The translations under genes and the position numbers were made by a program. The notes beneath the pieces were generated by a model, which was not told the origin of the DNA, searched no databases, and worked only from the letters and a program-made list of their open reading frames with translations. Shown in pieces: positions 1 through 13,223 of a DNA stretch of 64,000 bases (positions within the stretch are counted from its first letter, which is position 1; each line of letters begins with the position of its first letter). Source of the DNA: Peribolospora baueri (taxonomy: Eukaryota); contig JAMDHS010000072.1 of assembly GCA_029717555.1 (NCBI GenBank), forward strand, positions 1-64,000, in the 5' to 3' direction.

Positions 1-1
1 C

Positions 2-7
2 AAAAGG

Positions 8-37
<30 letters not shown>
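2..37. repeat. poly(A) tract
   Basis: A-run interrupted by GG near its start; uninterrupted from 8 to 37. Confidence 0.9.
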
Positions 38-41
<4 letters not shown>

Positions 42-628
42 TCCATCAGTGGTAGTCTGGCGGTTGCCGGCTTGTCTGAAACGGGGTGACCCCGCGAAGA
101 AGAATCCATGTCATGCATGCATGTATGTATGTATGTCGTGACGTACCCGAAATAAAAATAAAAAACCCCGAAAGGCTCGCTCCACTCCACGTGCGAACCC
201 ACCCGCGTGTCCACCAACCGCACGCTCCTCCTATCACTCCTCCTGTCATCGTACTCCATGTCACAGCATATCGCACCGGACCGGGGCCGGGCCGGCACGG
301 ACCCTCAACGAGCGGAGCGTCCTTGCTTGCTCATATCACCATCGCACTTCACCAAACGGGATCCGAAATGCAAACAACAAGCAAGGAAAAAAGAAAATGT
401 GGTTCCATTTCTTCTTTTTTTGTGCGGAAGCGGAGCGGCGCCGAAAGCAGGTCCACCGTAGAGGACAAGAAAGGGCACAGGAGGGAGAGAAAGAGAGCGG
501 ATGGAAGGGGCGAGCGAGCGAGCGAGCGAGAGAGCGAGGAACAAACAAACGAATGAACGAACTAAAAGGAGGTCGAACAAGGATGGATGAAGACGAAATT
601 GCCGGCGGGGTCGTTGGACGGGGTGTGG

Positions 629-682
629 CTGAACTGAACTGAGCTGAACTGAACTGGACTGAACTGAGCTGAGCTGGACTGG
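629..682. repeat. degenerate pentamer repeat (CTGAA/CTGAG/CTGGA)n
   Basis: Tandem CTGRR units seen directly, downstream of the TF stop codon. Confidence 0.85.
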
Positions 683-965
683 ACCGAGCTAGACGGGACT
701 GGCAAACAAACGTCCATGTTTTTGGTATCGATGATGCGGGTAAAACGGGGCGAGCGGGCGAGCGGGAGAGCGGGCGGGCGGCATGCCAAGCAAGCGACGC
801 GAGAGGCAAGATGGATCGACGGACGGACGGAATTGTTTTCTTGGATGACGAGGGATGAAAAAAGAAAGAAAAAGCAAGCAGGTGGAGAAGAGAGTGTCGG
901 GGCAGCACGGTTTGGGCAGCTGAGCCCGCGAGAGTCGAAACCGAAACGGATACGAGAATGACGGC

Positions 966-3900
966 TCAGCGGACGACGTGGCCCGCCAAAGGACTCTCCG
1001 TGGGCGAGGTGTTGCTTACGGCGTCCATGTCGCTTCCGCCGCCGCGGCCGCCGCTCGACCCGCGCTCATCGCTGATTTTCCGCTGAAGCGACGGTGCGAG
1101 GTGGATGGTGTGAGAATGCCCGCCAAAGGAGGCGTGCAACGGCGGCGTGGGGTAGAGGGTGTGATGTTGGTACGCCGCGGGCGCCGTCGCCGCCGAGCAG
1201 GCGGTCAAGTCGAACGCGGGCGCCGTGGTGAAAGACGGCAATGTGGAGCTGCGCAGGCGCGAAGCGGGCGTCGGCGCAGGCACGGTGACCGAACCTTGGT
1301 TGGACACGTCTTCGACGAACGACGACAGAGCTGATGCAAGGGCCAGCGACGATGGAGATGAGCAGGGAGAGTCGGACAGCACGGCGCCCGTCGATCAGCA
1401 CGGCCGGCCGCGCTGGGTGGTGTTCGACGGCAGGCCAAGGGACTCACCCGGCGGATAGTGCTGGCTCGCCCCTTCGCTCATCTCACCTTGCCTCGGCACC
1501 GTTTCTCCTCCTCCGCCGTTCGTCTCACCGGGAACGGGCGCGCAGCGGTCATCCCTCCAGCCGTCGGCGCCCGCTCCAGTGACGCCTAAAGGCAAGCCGG
1601 TCGCATCAGCGGCCTTGGCATCCGAGATCCACGCGCCGCCGACGCCGTTCGCATCCCATTCATCTCTAGCGCCGGCCGTCGGCGTGTTACCCAGCTCGGT
1701 GAGAGCGCTGGCCGAGGTCGGAGGAGCGGGCGATTCCTGAATGGGACCCAGGTCGGTGTTGGGACCGGCGAAAGCGGGTCCGAGAGGTAGGGAGGAGCGC
1801 GGAGGCCCGTAGAGCGCCTCGGACTCGGACCGCCACCGCTTGTTCGCCCATCGGTGGATGAGCTCGACGTCGCGCAGGTACGTGAACTGACCCGCGTCTC
1901 CGCAGTTACCCACGCCCGGATCGAAAGCGAGGGTGCCGACGAACTGCTGGCGGTAGATGCGCAGCACGATGCCCACACCTGACGACGAGAGAGGCAAGAA
2001 GAGATCAGGCCGACTTGTCAACAAACCGCGCGAACAGAACCCACGCAAGACTCACTGGCCCAATACTTGGCCATCTTCTCCAAGAGTTCCTCGATCGTGT
2101 TGAGCGTTGCAGAGATCATGCCGGGGGACAAAGAAAAATCGCGGCCTGCTTGAGAGTTGGCCGTGGAGGTCTGATGTTCGATAAGCGCTTGGACGTTGAG
2201 CACCTCCGTCCTGTTCTCGTTCGCGATCTCGCGGTCGGCGAGGAAAGCGCGGGCACAGTGGAGGAGGAAGTGATCCAGCCATGGTGTCTGGGTAAGGAAA
2301 GGAGAGGGTTTCCGTCAGCTCTGTCCGCAACTCGCGTACACCTCGTCACTGACCGCCAAAACGGAGAACGGCTCGTCCAAATTGCCGGTGGTAAGCATGT
2401 CGACGAACAAGCGACAAGCGCCGCGGGCGATGTCGACGTCGTAGTTGCCCGGCGACGCCGCGTTGGGCGTGAACTGGGAGATGATCGAGGGGCGGTTGAG
2501 GATGGACCGGACGTCGTTGATCAAGCCGTGCAAAAGGAGGAACCTGGCGAATCATCGAGCGGAAAAAAAACCTTTAATCACAAACCCTGCCGTCGCCGTC
2601 TCTCCCGAAGCTGCCACTCACGCCCCCGCTTGGCCTTGATCCTTGAGCGTCCTGAAGTTGACGACCGCCCAGCCGAGCTGTTCCGGGATCTGCGGTAAAG
2701 AAACAAACGACGGCCTCGCACTCAGTCAGTCCCGCCCGGGAAGGGGGAAAACGAGAGCCAGGTCACATCCGACCCACCGCGTATTCTGTCTCGAGGAAGG
2801 TCCGCGCTTTAGACAGCTCCGCTTGGGCGTAAGCGAGGCTGTCATTCTGACCATCCCTTTCAGCCTGTTTGGCGCCATTGATGAGATCGTTGACGCGACC
2901 TCGGAAGAGAGCTGCCTGTGATCATGCGAAGAGGTTGACAGACAGGGTACGATGTGAGCGCTCGGCGCCATACGAAAAAGGAAGGAAGGAAGGAAGGAAG
3001 GAAGGAAGCTAGCTCACCCTGCACACTTCAGAAAAGACGACAATCGGCGCCGCGAGCCTAGTCGCCCTGGCGTCGTCGTTCTGTCCCGCCCGCTCGTCGT
3101 TGCGACGTCCTTCGACGGCCTTCCCCTTCTTCTCCTCCTGCGCTCCCTCCACCACCACCCCCTCGCCCGCACCGTCGCCGCCGGCCTGCGCGGCAAAGAG
3201 CGATTCCTGGCTAGGCCACTTTGTGGTGATGCGATACTCGGAAAAAGTGGCCATCCGGCCCGTGCTGGCGGAGACGAGCTGGTCGAGTATGACGACCTGG
3301 CGGGTGCGGGCAGGTAGGCGGGCGCACGTACGCGTACGCGTGAAGGTGTCACTTTTGGTCAGACCAGATCCTATGCGCCGACCGATTCTGGTCCGCGGAC
3401 GGAAGAAAAGGGGAAGAGGAGCTCACCGAAAAGAAAACCAAGCGCGTCCTCTCGCGCTCGATGGGGGAAGGGACGAGCTGGAGCGTAGTCTCAAGGTGCA
3501 GGCCAAGGTCCTGGGCCATGCGCGTGGCCATACCACTGTACTGCCACACGCCGCTATCCCGTCCGCAGCCGTGCTCGCTCCAGGCGATCAGCACCAGCGC
3601 CTGGAGGACCTCGAGGGAGGGCCAGGAGAGGTGTGGGGTGAGGAGCAGCTTGGCCATCTCAGCGTATGGCTCTCCGGCCGACCAATGTGGAGAGCGCCGG
3701 AGGCCGGTTCTGGTCGAGAAGCGGCAGCTGAGGGCGCAAATGGCGTCTAACGGGCGGACGTGAAACTGCCATCAGCACACTCGCCCAACGCACATCCTCA
3801 GGCGTGACTCACTAGCCAAGACGGCGGGAAGGGTGCCCGCCCGAACGTCGTCCATCGTCTCCTCCTCATCGAGCCAAGGAAAGTGCTGCAGCGACGGTGA

Positions 3901-6532
3901 TGAGGGGAGTGAGAAAAAGAAGGAGAAGGACGTCGAATGAAAAGACAAGACCGGGGCGACTCACGCCAAGAAAAGCTTCAAAAAAGAGCTTGACGAGGTG
4001 TTCGAGATGGTCGCGTCGGGGATACCTAGGAAGATCAGGCTCGAAGAGTCGCCTCGTCTCCGGCGGCAACCGAGGCCGGGTCTCGGGCTCGCGATCGGAG
4101 TTGCGCCGCGACTGGAAGCCGGACGACGATCCCTCGCCATCGACTGGTCCTTCGCCCGGCGGCGCCATCTTGTGCTCAGTCGCCGAAGAGCCGGAACCAA
4201 AGCCGGAGCCTGGAGACGAAGCGGGGCGCGAGGACGAGCCGGGCTCGCTTGGAGTACCGGCACCGACACCGCCTCCTCCGGCGATTGGCGAGCGGTCGCG
4301 CTGCTGGACGGCAACTTTAATGGAACGATAGCCGGGCGTGTAGGCGGTGGGGCCAAAGTGACGGAAGAAGAGCACGGGGACGTGTCGGGTGGTGGTGGTT
4401 GGATGCTGCTGGCTGACGGTTGGACGGGGAGGTTGCCCACCGGCCGTTACAGATGGGCTTGAGCACGGGTCCATCGGCGCGGTCACCGTCGCGCCGGAGT
4501 GGGAATGCGAATGGCCAGGCAGGAAGATGGACCGGCTGTGGGGCGACGGCGGCGTGGTGACCGTGTAGCTGGAGGGAAGGGTGTCAAACGGTCGAGGGTC
4601 ATAACGGTCCTTCCAGGGATCGTCGAACCGCTCGCGGGAGGAAGGGCCAACGGTGGCCGGCACGCCCACGGCCATAGGCCGTGCCGTGGGGCGATTAGCG
4701 GGGTGGGCGAGCAGTTGAGGGAAAAAGGGGGAGGCGCCGTAGCGTGGGGGCATGCTCGGGTAGTAAGGTGCGCACGGGTCTGCCTCGACCAACGACGAAC
4801 GACGACGGCCGGATACAGCGCCGCCGTCGCTGCCGCGTCTCTCGAACGGTGGTGGTCTTTGGCCCGCCTTGACGAACCCAACTTCCTCCTCTTCCTCCAC
4901 CACGGCCTTGCGCTTGCCTAACGAGGCCATCGGGTTCAAGTCTTCGGGGACGGGGTGATAAGGCGAGGGACGGTGAGGGAACTGCTGAAGCTCCTGAGTG
5001 GACGGCATGCGCGCCTGCGTCCGTGCTGATGAGGGCGGGAGGGTTCGGAAGGACAGACATACAGGAGACGGCGAGTCGAGTCAGACGCCGACCCGCCCAC
5101 CGCGAAGCTAATCTGGGGAACTGATAGAAACTCACCACCACCTGGGTGTGGGTCCATCGAGGACACGGCAGAACCGTGCGCATGGGCCTGGGGCCGACCG
5201 TCGGGCAGACGGCCTTCCGACCACGACTGGGGGGTGGCTTGGGTGGACCAATGGACCGGGCCTGCTGTCGCCGCCACCGGCTGGGGCTGGGGCTGGCCTT
5301 GCTCGGCCCACGACGAGGCAAGCGGCCGGGTCCTCGCCGGCCCGACGGGACTTGCTTGGGTGCGGGAGGAGGGGGCGGCGAAGACGGGTCCGGATGAGGT
5401 GGTGGAGGCTGAGCCGGAGACGGTCTGATGGGAGATGGGTCGCCTTGGGTGCGGGTTCGAAGGGCGCGGGCGAGATTCGATGTCACGGAAGACGCACTCC
5501 ATGCCGGAAACGCGACAGCTAGAAAGGCGAGACAGAAAGGGGAGAAGAAAGATGAGGGGAGGCTCTGTTGCGAGACGGCCGAGTCGCAACAGACGCTGGT
5601 CTCAATGGGAGATAGACAGAGGGAAGGACGCACCTATCGCAGGGCTGGAATAGCGAGCACTTGACCTTGCGAATGCGACTGCGAGGGAGATGTGGAGAGA
5701 GAGTCAGAGCAACCCTTCTTTTCTCCATCTAATCTCTCGACACGTCTGCCTCTTTTCGACCAACTGACCAAGCCTCGCATGCAGTCGTGAGCCGCGTTCG
5801 CTTCTTGCGCTGACTCTTGCCTTTACCCGGGCCTTCCATGACGAACGTCAGCGGTTTCCGACTGCCGCCACCGCCACCGCCACCGCCGGGCGTCCCACCG
5901 CCGGCACGACCGCGGCCCTTCTTTCCCTCTACGGCGCCACCGGAGGCAGAGGGAGCAGAGCGGGACAGGGCGGACTCGCGACCGCTCCCGCTGTCCGGCG
6001 TAGCAGCACTGGTGCCAGCTCCGAGTCGGCGAAGAGCGTCCTGAGGGCTCTCTCTCAAGCCATCGGACCGGACGCGTGGCTCTCTGGACGAACCGGGCAG
6101 CTGCGGCGATGGCGAGGGGTGGCGGTGGCGAGGAGTCATGCGAGGGGCGGTGGCGGTAGTAGAGTAGTCGTAGGAAGAGGGGGGAGTGGAAGAGGAGGAG
6201 GAGGGGTAGGTACCGTCGGCTTCGGCGTCGCCGTCGTGAGTGAGGAGGGACTCGACGGTCGGTCCGTGTCCGTCGTGCGGTGTGGGGGCGTTGAAATAGC
6301 CGTCGAGGCGGCCGTCGGTAGGCACGTCTGGGGCGAGCCGGGGGAGGTGGTGGGAGGCGTGGTAGGAGGAGGCGAGGGCGGGAGGCGGGTGCTTGACGAC
6401 GACGGGCGTGTCGGCGACCGACGTGTCGAGGTAGGGGTCGTCCTGCTTGTGCTTGTGCTGCTGGAGCGGATGGTGGTATGCGGAAGAGAGGAACGCCGAG
6501 GTCGACGAAGGCCGGTGAGCGGCGATGTTCAT
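966..6532 (-). CDS. Zn(II)2Cys6 fungal transcription factor with Fungal_trans middle homology region (multi-exon)
   Basis: Splicing exon 6532-5769, exon 5678-5634 and the exon starting at 5518 (GT..AG introns) gives KKRTRLTTACEACRIRKVKCSLFQPCDSCRVSGMEC. The 3349-3657 segment reads SLEVLQALVLIAWSEHG..SGVWQYSGMATRMAQDLGLH. Stop at 966-968. Internal exon borders are not all resolved. Confidence 0.9.
2979..3007. repeat. (GGAA)n microsatellite in an intron
   Basis: Seen directly. Confidence 0.9.
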
Positions 6533-7599
6533 GTCGCGTCGGACGGCGTGCTTCGCTCGGGCGGGAGGAGGGCCTGTGCGGATGGGAAGGGAGATGTGGA
6601 GGAAGGTGTAGGTGGCGGAGGGTGGGAAGAAGGAAGGACGAGTCCGGACCGAACGAGCAAGCAAGTCGTCCTTCCTTTCTTTCTTCTCACTTTCTTGATT
6701 TCTCCTTCCCTCTATCCTTGTTCGAGAAAGGGGGAGCCGGCTGGAAGGGCGTGTACGTGTGGAGGGAGCGTTGAGGGTGTCATTCGCCGTCGTCCGTCGG
6801 TGGACATGCGCATGCGTTCGTTTTCACTCACTCACCTTGACCTGGTCGGTGCGCCCTAAACGCAGCACAGTGCGGCGATCGTCCCGTCCGTCGCCGACGT
6901 CCTGCCCTGCCCTGCCTGCCCTACCCTGGTGCGTTGGCTCGGCGTCGCCTCGAAACCCTGAATGCTCCTCACCACCGCCGGCAATAATCGTCGACTGGCA
7001 CAAAGGGGGTGGGCGTCGTCTCGCACGGCCGGGTCTGCGTCTGCTTATGCGTCTGCGTAGGATCGCCTTCGTCAATCTCCACTCCGCCTTGTCTCCCCGC
7101 TCGGGACACCCACGAGGAAATCGGTTACGAGGTTTGTGACGGCGACGGCCCCGCGCAATGCCGGAAGGGAAGGGGAAGGGGCCGATGGATGGACAAAGGG
7201 AGGATGTGAAGGCAAGACGATGGTCGATGGCGGCCGGGCCCCGAACGTCCACGTTGACCGCGGCAAGCGGGCGAAAGAAGAGAGCGGAGAAGGCGAGGCG
7301 GCAGCGAAAGCGAGGCAAGGGTGAGGGCGAAGGAGGGAGGGCTGGAGGGTGGGCAAAGCCCAAGGCGGGAGTGGTGGCAATGGAAAAGGATGACGGGTGC
7401 GAGGTGCAAGAGAGATGGATGCGATGGAGGATATGGGCGACGGAGGTGGGAGAGAGAAGGGGAATGCGGGCGGGCGACGGCGACTCACTGGCTAAGGGCG
7501 ACGGAGTGAGCGAGCGGTGTGCGTGCGCTTATTTGTCCCGGTCTGGGTCTTGCTCGCGTCTTGTCCGGCGTGCTACGCTCTGTTCTGCCCTGGTTTCCC

Positions 7600-7640
7600 C
7601 TGGCCTGGCCTGGCCTGGCCTTGTCTTGTCTTGTCTTGTC
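7600..7640. repeat. compound pentamer repeat (CTGGC)n(TTGTC)n
   Basis: Seen directly. Confidence 0.85.
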
Positions 7641-8214
7641 TGCTCCGCCGCTAGTCAAGTAGCTCGCACGAGCGAGTGGTGGACGCGGGGGTTAACGATC
7701 AGCCGGGCGGGCGGGAAAAAAAGCCGGTAGGCCCAGTTGGGGGCGGACGATGGGCAGGCAGGGCAGCGAGTTAAGGTGAGAAAGGTAGTTGGTTGGTGTG
7801 TTGATGGGCGGTGGCTGCGGTGCGCGGAGGTGCGTATGCGGTGGGAAGAGGGCGGGACGGGGAAAGGGGGGACACCAGATACACACGCACACACACCGAT
7901 GGACGGACGATAGATAGAAGGGAAGCGAAGCATAGCGTGTATGTATGGTGTGTGTGTGTGCGTGCGTTCGACATCAAACCTTGTTTCCCCCCGTCCGTCG
8001 TCCTGCCCTGTCCGACCGGCAACGCTGCTTCTCCTCTCTGCGCCGCCTAGCTAGCTGCTTTCGCCGGCCACCCGCGCTCATCTCTCCTTCCGCGCGAGGG
8101 GGCCCGGCTCGACCGCGGCGGCAGCGGCGTAAAAATCGCGCGACCGGAGAGGGGAAGAGAAGGGAGAGGGAGGAGAAAAGGGGAGAAAAAAGACCGGGGA
8201 GATGAAGGGGCGCT

Positions 8215-8262
8215 GAACCGAACCGAACCGAGCCGAGCCGAGTCGAGCCGAGCCGAACCGAG
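8215..8262. repeat. pentamer repeat (GAACC/GAGCC)n
   Basis: Seen directly. Confidence 0.85.
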
Positions 8263-9314
8263 CGGAACGTCCTGTCCTGTACTATGCTGGGATGGGCTGG
8301 GCTGGGCTTTCCTGTGCTCTCCTGTGCTTTCCTGTGCTTTGCTTTGCTTTGCCGTCCATTAGTCAGTCCGTCTGTCCGTCGGGGCATGCATGGGACGACG
8401 CATAGGTGCGTCACTGCCTGACCGCCGATTCCCCCCATTCATCAAATCAACTCGTTCGGTCGTCCCTGCTCGGGGAGAGAGAGGGCGAAGGGAAAGAAAG
8501 AAAGAAGCGGTGGGACGGAGGAAGAGGGGAAAGGGAAAGCGCAAGCGAGGGGGGGGAGCCAGACCGGCAGCCGCTGCGGCACGAGAGGCACCAGGGCAGG
8601 CAGGCAGGCACGCCGGTCTACGAAGCGTGGGAGCAAAGCCGATGAGCAGGACGACGACGCTAACAAAGGACAGGCAGGGATGGCATATATCTTCATCTCG
8701 CTCTAGCGCGGGCTAATACGGTGACACCAACTTCGGCGGCGTGATCCCGTCGAGAGGGGGTGAGCGAGCGAGAGAGCGACTGACTGCACCGACGCGACCA
8801 GACGAGGGTGATGAGGACGGCCGAACAGCAGGGCGACGTCGCCGTCGACATCGACGTCATAACAGCACACCACCAAGGCAAGAGAGACGACACGCTCCCC
8901 TCCGACCACCCCAACTCCGCCCGCTCACCCATACGGACTAATAAACGGTGCGCTGCTAAGAACGGACGGATGCGATCGATGATGCATGACGATGGCGTTG
9001 CGCGTGAGAGAGAGGAGAGGCGAGCGGGAGCGGCGGGGAGCGGCGGGGAGAGAAAAAGAAAGGAAAACAGCGCCGAGCCGGGTCGATCGACAAGCACCGA
9101 CGCTTCCGCTCCACACTCCTCCTTCCCACGCAAATGAATCACCCGAGTTTGTCTCGCTCGCACCCATCCATCCATCCATACATCGCATCGCACAAGGCCT
9201 ATCAGACCCGCCCGCTTAGCAAGCACGCTTCTCTCTCTCTCTCCGGCGCTTTCACGCTGCACGAACGAGCGAAGGAACGAGTGATGAACGAAATGGAAGG
9301 ATGACGAGCAAGGT

Positions 9315-9397
9315 AGAATAGATAGATGGATAAATGGATAGATGGATAGATACAGTAGATAGATAGATAGATGGATGGATGGATAGATAGATAGATA
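9315..9397. repeat. compound (GATA/GATG)n microsatellite
   Basis: Seen directly. Confidence 0.9.
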
Positions 9398-9929
9398 GAA
9401 GGACGACCCCCCCATCCGCAAATCCGACGAGCCAGTCGAGCCGCCGAGCCGGCAAACAAAGTCCGTCCATGTCATCTGCTCGCCTTGCGTCTGTCTCCAT
9501 CGCTGTCCGTTTGCCGCCGGGCACACAGCGTGTGCAACGTACGTCAGAACAAGAGTCAGAGTCAGTGGCTGATGATGATAATGCTGATGATGATGGACAA
9601 GCGATGCGGATGGATAAATGGGCACATCCCCGCTCGCTCACTAGGTCCTCTCCACCGTTATTTTACTTACCATCGCTTCCAAATTGCGCGGATCCTGTCG
9701 AGGAGCTCACCTTGCACTCCTCTGCCGCTGCATGTACGCAACTCGGTGGGATGGCTACCCGTACATGTAAGTTGCAGTACCGCGCTACAAGCTCCGGTAC
9801 ATACCATGCCGTCTCTACCCGTTCTGCCCCTCGTCCTCGCTCTACTCCACTCGCCAGGAGCGAAGCCTCCGCGATCTTGCAAGTGTTCCGTTCTTCTTTC
9901 CATTGCTTCCTCCGCCCTCCCACCTACCT

Positions 9930-9993
9930 TACATACACATATACATACATACATACATACATACATACATACATACATACATACATACATACA

Positions 9994-10023
<30 letters not shown>
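9930..10023. repeat. (ACAT)n microsatellite, ~20 perfect units
   Basis: Seen directly. It explains the YIHT/MYVC repeats in the ORF track. Confidence 0.95.
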
Positions 10024-10026
<3 letters not shown>

Positions 10027-10386
10027 GCACACACACGCACAGCACAGCACAACAGCCGCCTAGCCCGGTGCAGCACAGGACTAGTCCATCTGGTTAATTT
10101 AGTCCTCCGCGCTCTACCCTCTCCGCCCCCTACCCTACCTCGGCAAAGCCCAGCCCAGCCCGGTCAAAACTCTAAATAAATTGCCCCGCCGCCGTCACAA
10201 CGGCCCGCGTAGATGCGGCCCGCCAGAAGACAGAAAGACGAGTGTGAGCGCAGAACACGAATTCGAACTCGAACATGATAACGGCAGCAAACAGCCCTGA
10301 ATGACGTCCGGATGAATCGGTCGACCGCCCAGCCCAGCCCAGCCCAACCATCCGTCCGTCCGTCCCATCCGACCGCCTATCAACTT

Positions 10387-10428
10387 TTCTTCTTCTTCTT
10401 CTTCTTCTTCTTCTTCTTCTTCTTCTTC
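10387..10428. repeat. (TTC)14 microsatellite
   Basis: Seen directly. Confidence 0.95.
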
Positions 10429-12109
10429 TCCCTTCGCCTGCGACAACGCGGGTGGGGACTGCGTGCAGGCCCACTCGGAGGTCTCCTTGCTCCCGCCTCG
10501 GGTAATATATGTCTCCGCCCGTACCCGTACCGGCGCCAGTACCGATCCGTACGCAACGATACCGATATCGCTCGCCTTCGTTCATCGAATAGAATCGACC
10601 ACCCATCCTTCATCGCACGTCTGACGACTCTACCCACTCCCACCTCCCGTCCATGCCATCACGCTCTTTCTCGGACCGACCGACCGACGACGGACGGACG
10701 GACGACTCGCTCGCCGTCATCTTACCTAATTTAACGACCTCATACCGCAGCATCGTATCGTAGCGCACGATCATCGCGTCCCAACGCCGCTTCGAATTCG
10801 GTTCGATGTAAGGAGGCGTGCGCGCGTAATGAACGCTTTCTCTCACGCCGTAGTCCGGCCTCTTGTCTCTCTCTCTCTCCCTTTCCCTCTGTGTGTGTGT
10901 GTGTGTTTGTGCGTGCCCCTCACACGCCCGTGATCCAGACGACTGCCGAGTGCGAGTGCGAAAATGCCCTCTGCGCTTAGGCCCCTCGACCTCCTCCTCA
11001 GATTCTTGAACCTGCCCGGGCCCTCCGGCGTAGGCTTGTGAAGAAGCCGCGTCGCCATCGTTCTCGTGCTCGGGCAGGTTTGCGTTGTCCCAGGGGTGAT
11101 GTCCGTCTGTAGTCGGCCACGCTCCCCCTCATGGACCCGCGCCAATTCGTCCACCGACCCCCAAGCCACGGCCTTTCCAAAGTCATCCCCACCGACGGCA
11201 CTCGCCACGAGGACGGCCCAGCTTGGGTGGATGCACGGTGACGTTAAAACCGAAATAAAGGGTCAAAGGACGATCGCAGATGGTCATCAGACGTGCCCGT
11301 GCACTCCCACCGCTCTCCACACGCGGCCGCGGCCGATGAATGAGTGATCGATCGGCCATGACGTTCTCCCCGGTTGTCGCGCCCTGGTGTCCGAACGCAT
11401 CCCCCTCAGCGCGCCGACCTTGGCCTGGGCGCAATCAGTTGGAGGGTGTCGCGAAAAAAAGTACCAGAGCTCGATCTTTGGCGTGCCAAGGTGGAAATTC
11501 ACGTTCGCGTCAGCGACGTCACACGCGCGCTCTAGGCCGTCTCGGCTGGACGTACGTTTACGTGGAACCCTCCCACCGAAAGCTGTTCTGGTCCGCGATG
11601 AATTGGTACGGGACGCACGGCATCTCAGCCGTCACCCCGCCCGCTTTGCACAGCGCGGCGAAGGGTCCGTACGAGGGAGGATCCTAATCGTCTAGAAGAC
11701 GACGTGCGCAGTACCTCGTCTCTGTAGAGAGGCCCGGAGAACGAGGAGGTCGACGTAGCTACCCTCTCGCTCCTCTTTGCGCCGTCTTTCCGATCCGAGC
11801 GCCCCTTCCCCTTTCGCACGGGGAACGGCCGAGTGAAAGGTAGCACAGCCAGCACGTACGTGCACACCTCTTCCCCACCAGCTTAGACGATGTTTGAATG
11901 TACTGTTTGCGTTGGCGGCTTCCTCCTTGTCAACGAACGGGTCGACTGCGAACAATGAGGCGGTCGATGGAGGCCGGCGTAAGCTGGAGGATCAGAAGGC
12001 GTGAGGCGCCGAGGAAACGCGAAAGCGTGGGGATCAGAACGGAAGAGGATGTGAGGGAGCCGACAGACGGCGCGCGCGAAACCGGAGACATGACAAGGCA
12101 CGGATGAGG

Positions 12110-13223
12110 ATGACGCCGGCTGGGTCGGGTGGACGAAAGCGTCGAATTCGCACACGAAGCCAAACTGACTGCCACCTCTCTGCCAGGGGCGGGTTGTAAC
12201 GAGGCGCGCAGCCGCCGACCCTGAACCAAAGGCTGGGAATCACCCCGGGCGATAGAAGCAGGCATACGCACGCCGGCCTTGACGGCGAGGGAAAACGACG
12301 CTCATGTTCGTTTGGGCTCTGGTGTTTGAGGTCGACCGCACGCATTAGAAAAGCAAGATCAGACGGAGATGACAGCGTGCTAAGGAACAAAAAAAGAATC
12401 GGCCCATCGTGGAATTGATAACGCTCCCGTTGATTAGGACGATCTGGAATTGGTTAACGTTATCGCAAGCCACACCTGTGTGCGGGGAAATAGGAACATG
12501 CGTGACGCAAATCGACAGAATGGAGAATGTCGAGGCGTGCAGGTGATAGAAATTGAGCGCGAGAGGGTTCAGATGGCACTGCTAACAACTGGCTCCGTCG
12601 TGGCATGCGCTCGTCGGCGAACCGCACGCACCGTACAGGCTGCTCATCAAACTCAGACCTCCGCTTGGGAGTGATCCGCCCACTCCGACTTGCTTGGTCG
12701 AGGTCCGACCGGCTGCGCACCTAGCTCGTTACCTGTGAAATTTGCGTTTACGTCACCCCAGTGCCTTAACGTCAGACGAAGGGAGAGAGCCAGGAGTGCA
12801 AGGTGATCCAAACGTGCAGATATGTGTCCGGAAGAGCTGCAAGGACTAGAAGGATGGGTCGGAGTAAGCGAGCAAGCGATCTGACCCAAGGACCCAGGGG
12901 CCACACTTGCGCACTAGGCCCAAGCACCGCCCGTCTCGTCGCTCCCGTTGTAGCTCAAACCGGACATGGAGCGCTCGAAGGAAATGAGGGCGCTGTTTGT
13001 GGTACTGAAGCCAGCACAAGCGTGGGTGCCGCCAATAAATGGCCTACCGCTGAGTGAAGTGAGGACGTGTTCGGCGTTGTCGGGTCGCCGCCTTTGTGTG
13101 CTGCGGAAGCTCACAAATGGCGGCAAGGACCGACGTAGCACGTCTGTACTCGGTTGTCCCCGGCAGGGAGACGTAGTCGACGCCGACGACCGCGGCGAGG
13201 TCTGCACTGTGGTCGGCGGACAT
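12110..13223 (-). pseudogene. degraded FAD-binding (FAD_binding_4 / berberine-bridge-like) oxidoreductase pseudogene
   Basis: Minus-strand segments occur in the family's order: GGTHACAGFSTTNSALISFER, HWGDV..QPVGPR, (frameshift) QVGVGGSLPSGGLSLMSSLYG, intron GTGCGT..CAG, VACDNVNQFQIVLINGSVINST, NEH..F (frameshift) LAVKAG, GGSQFGFVCEFDAFVHP. Remnants may extend to ~11,400. Confidence 0.75.

Noticed and set aside
9469..10179. ORFs with YIHT/MYVC repeats
   Set aside because: Translation of the (ACAT)n microsatellite.
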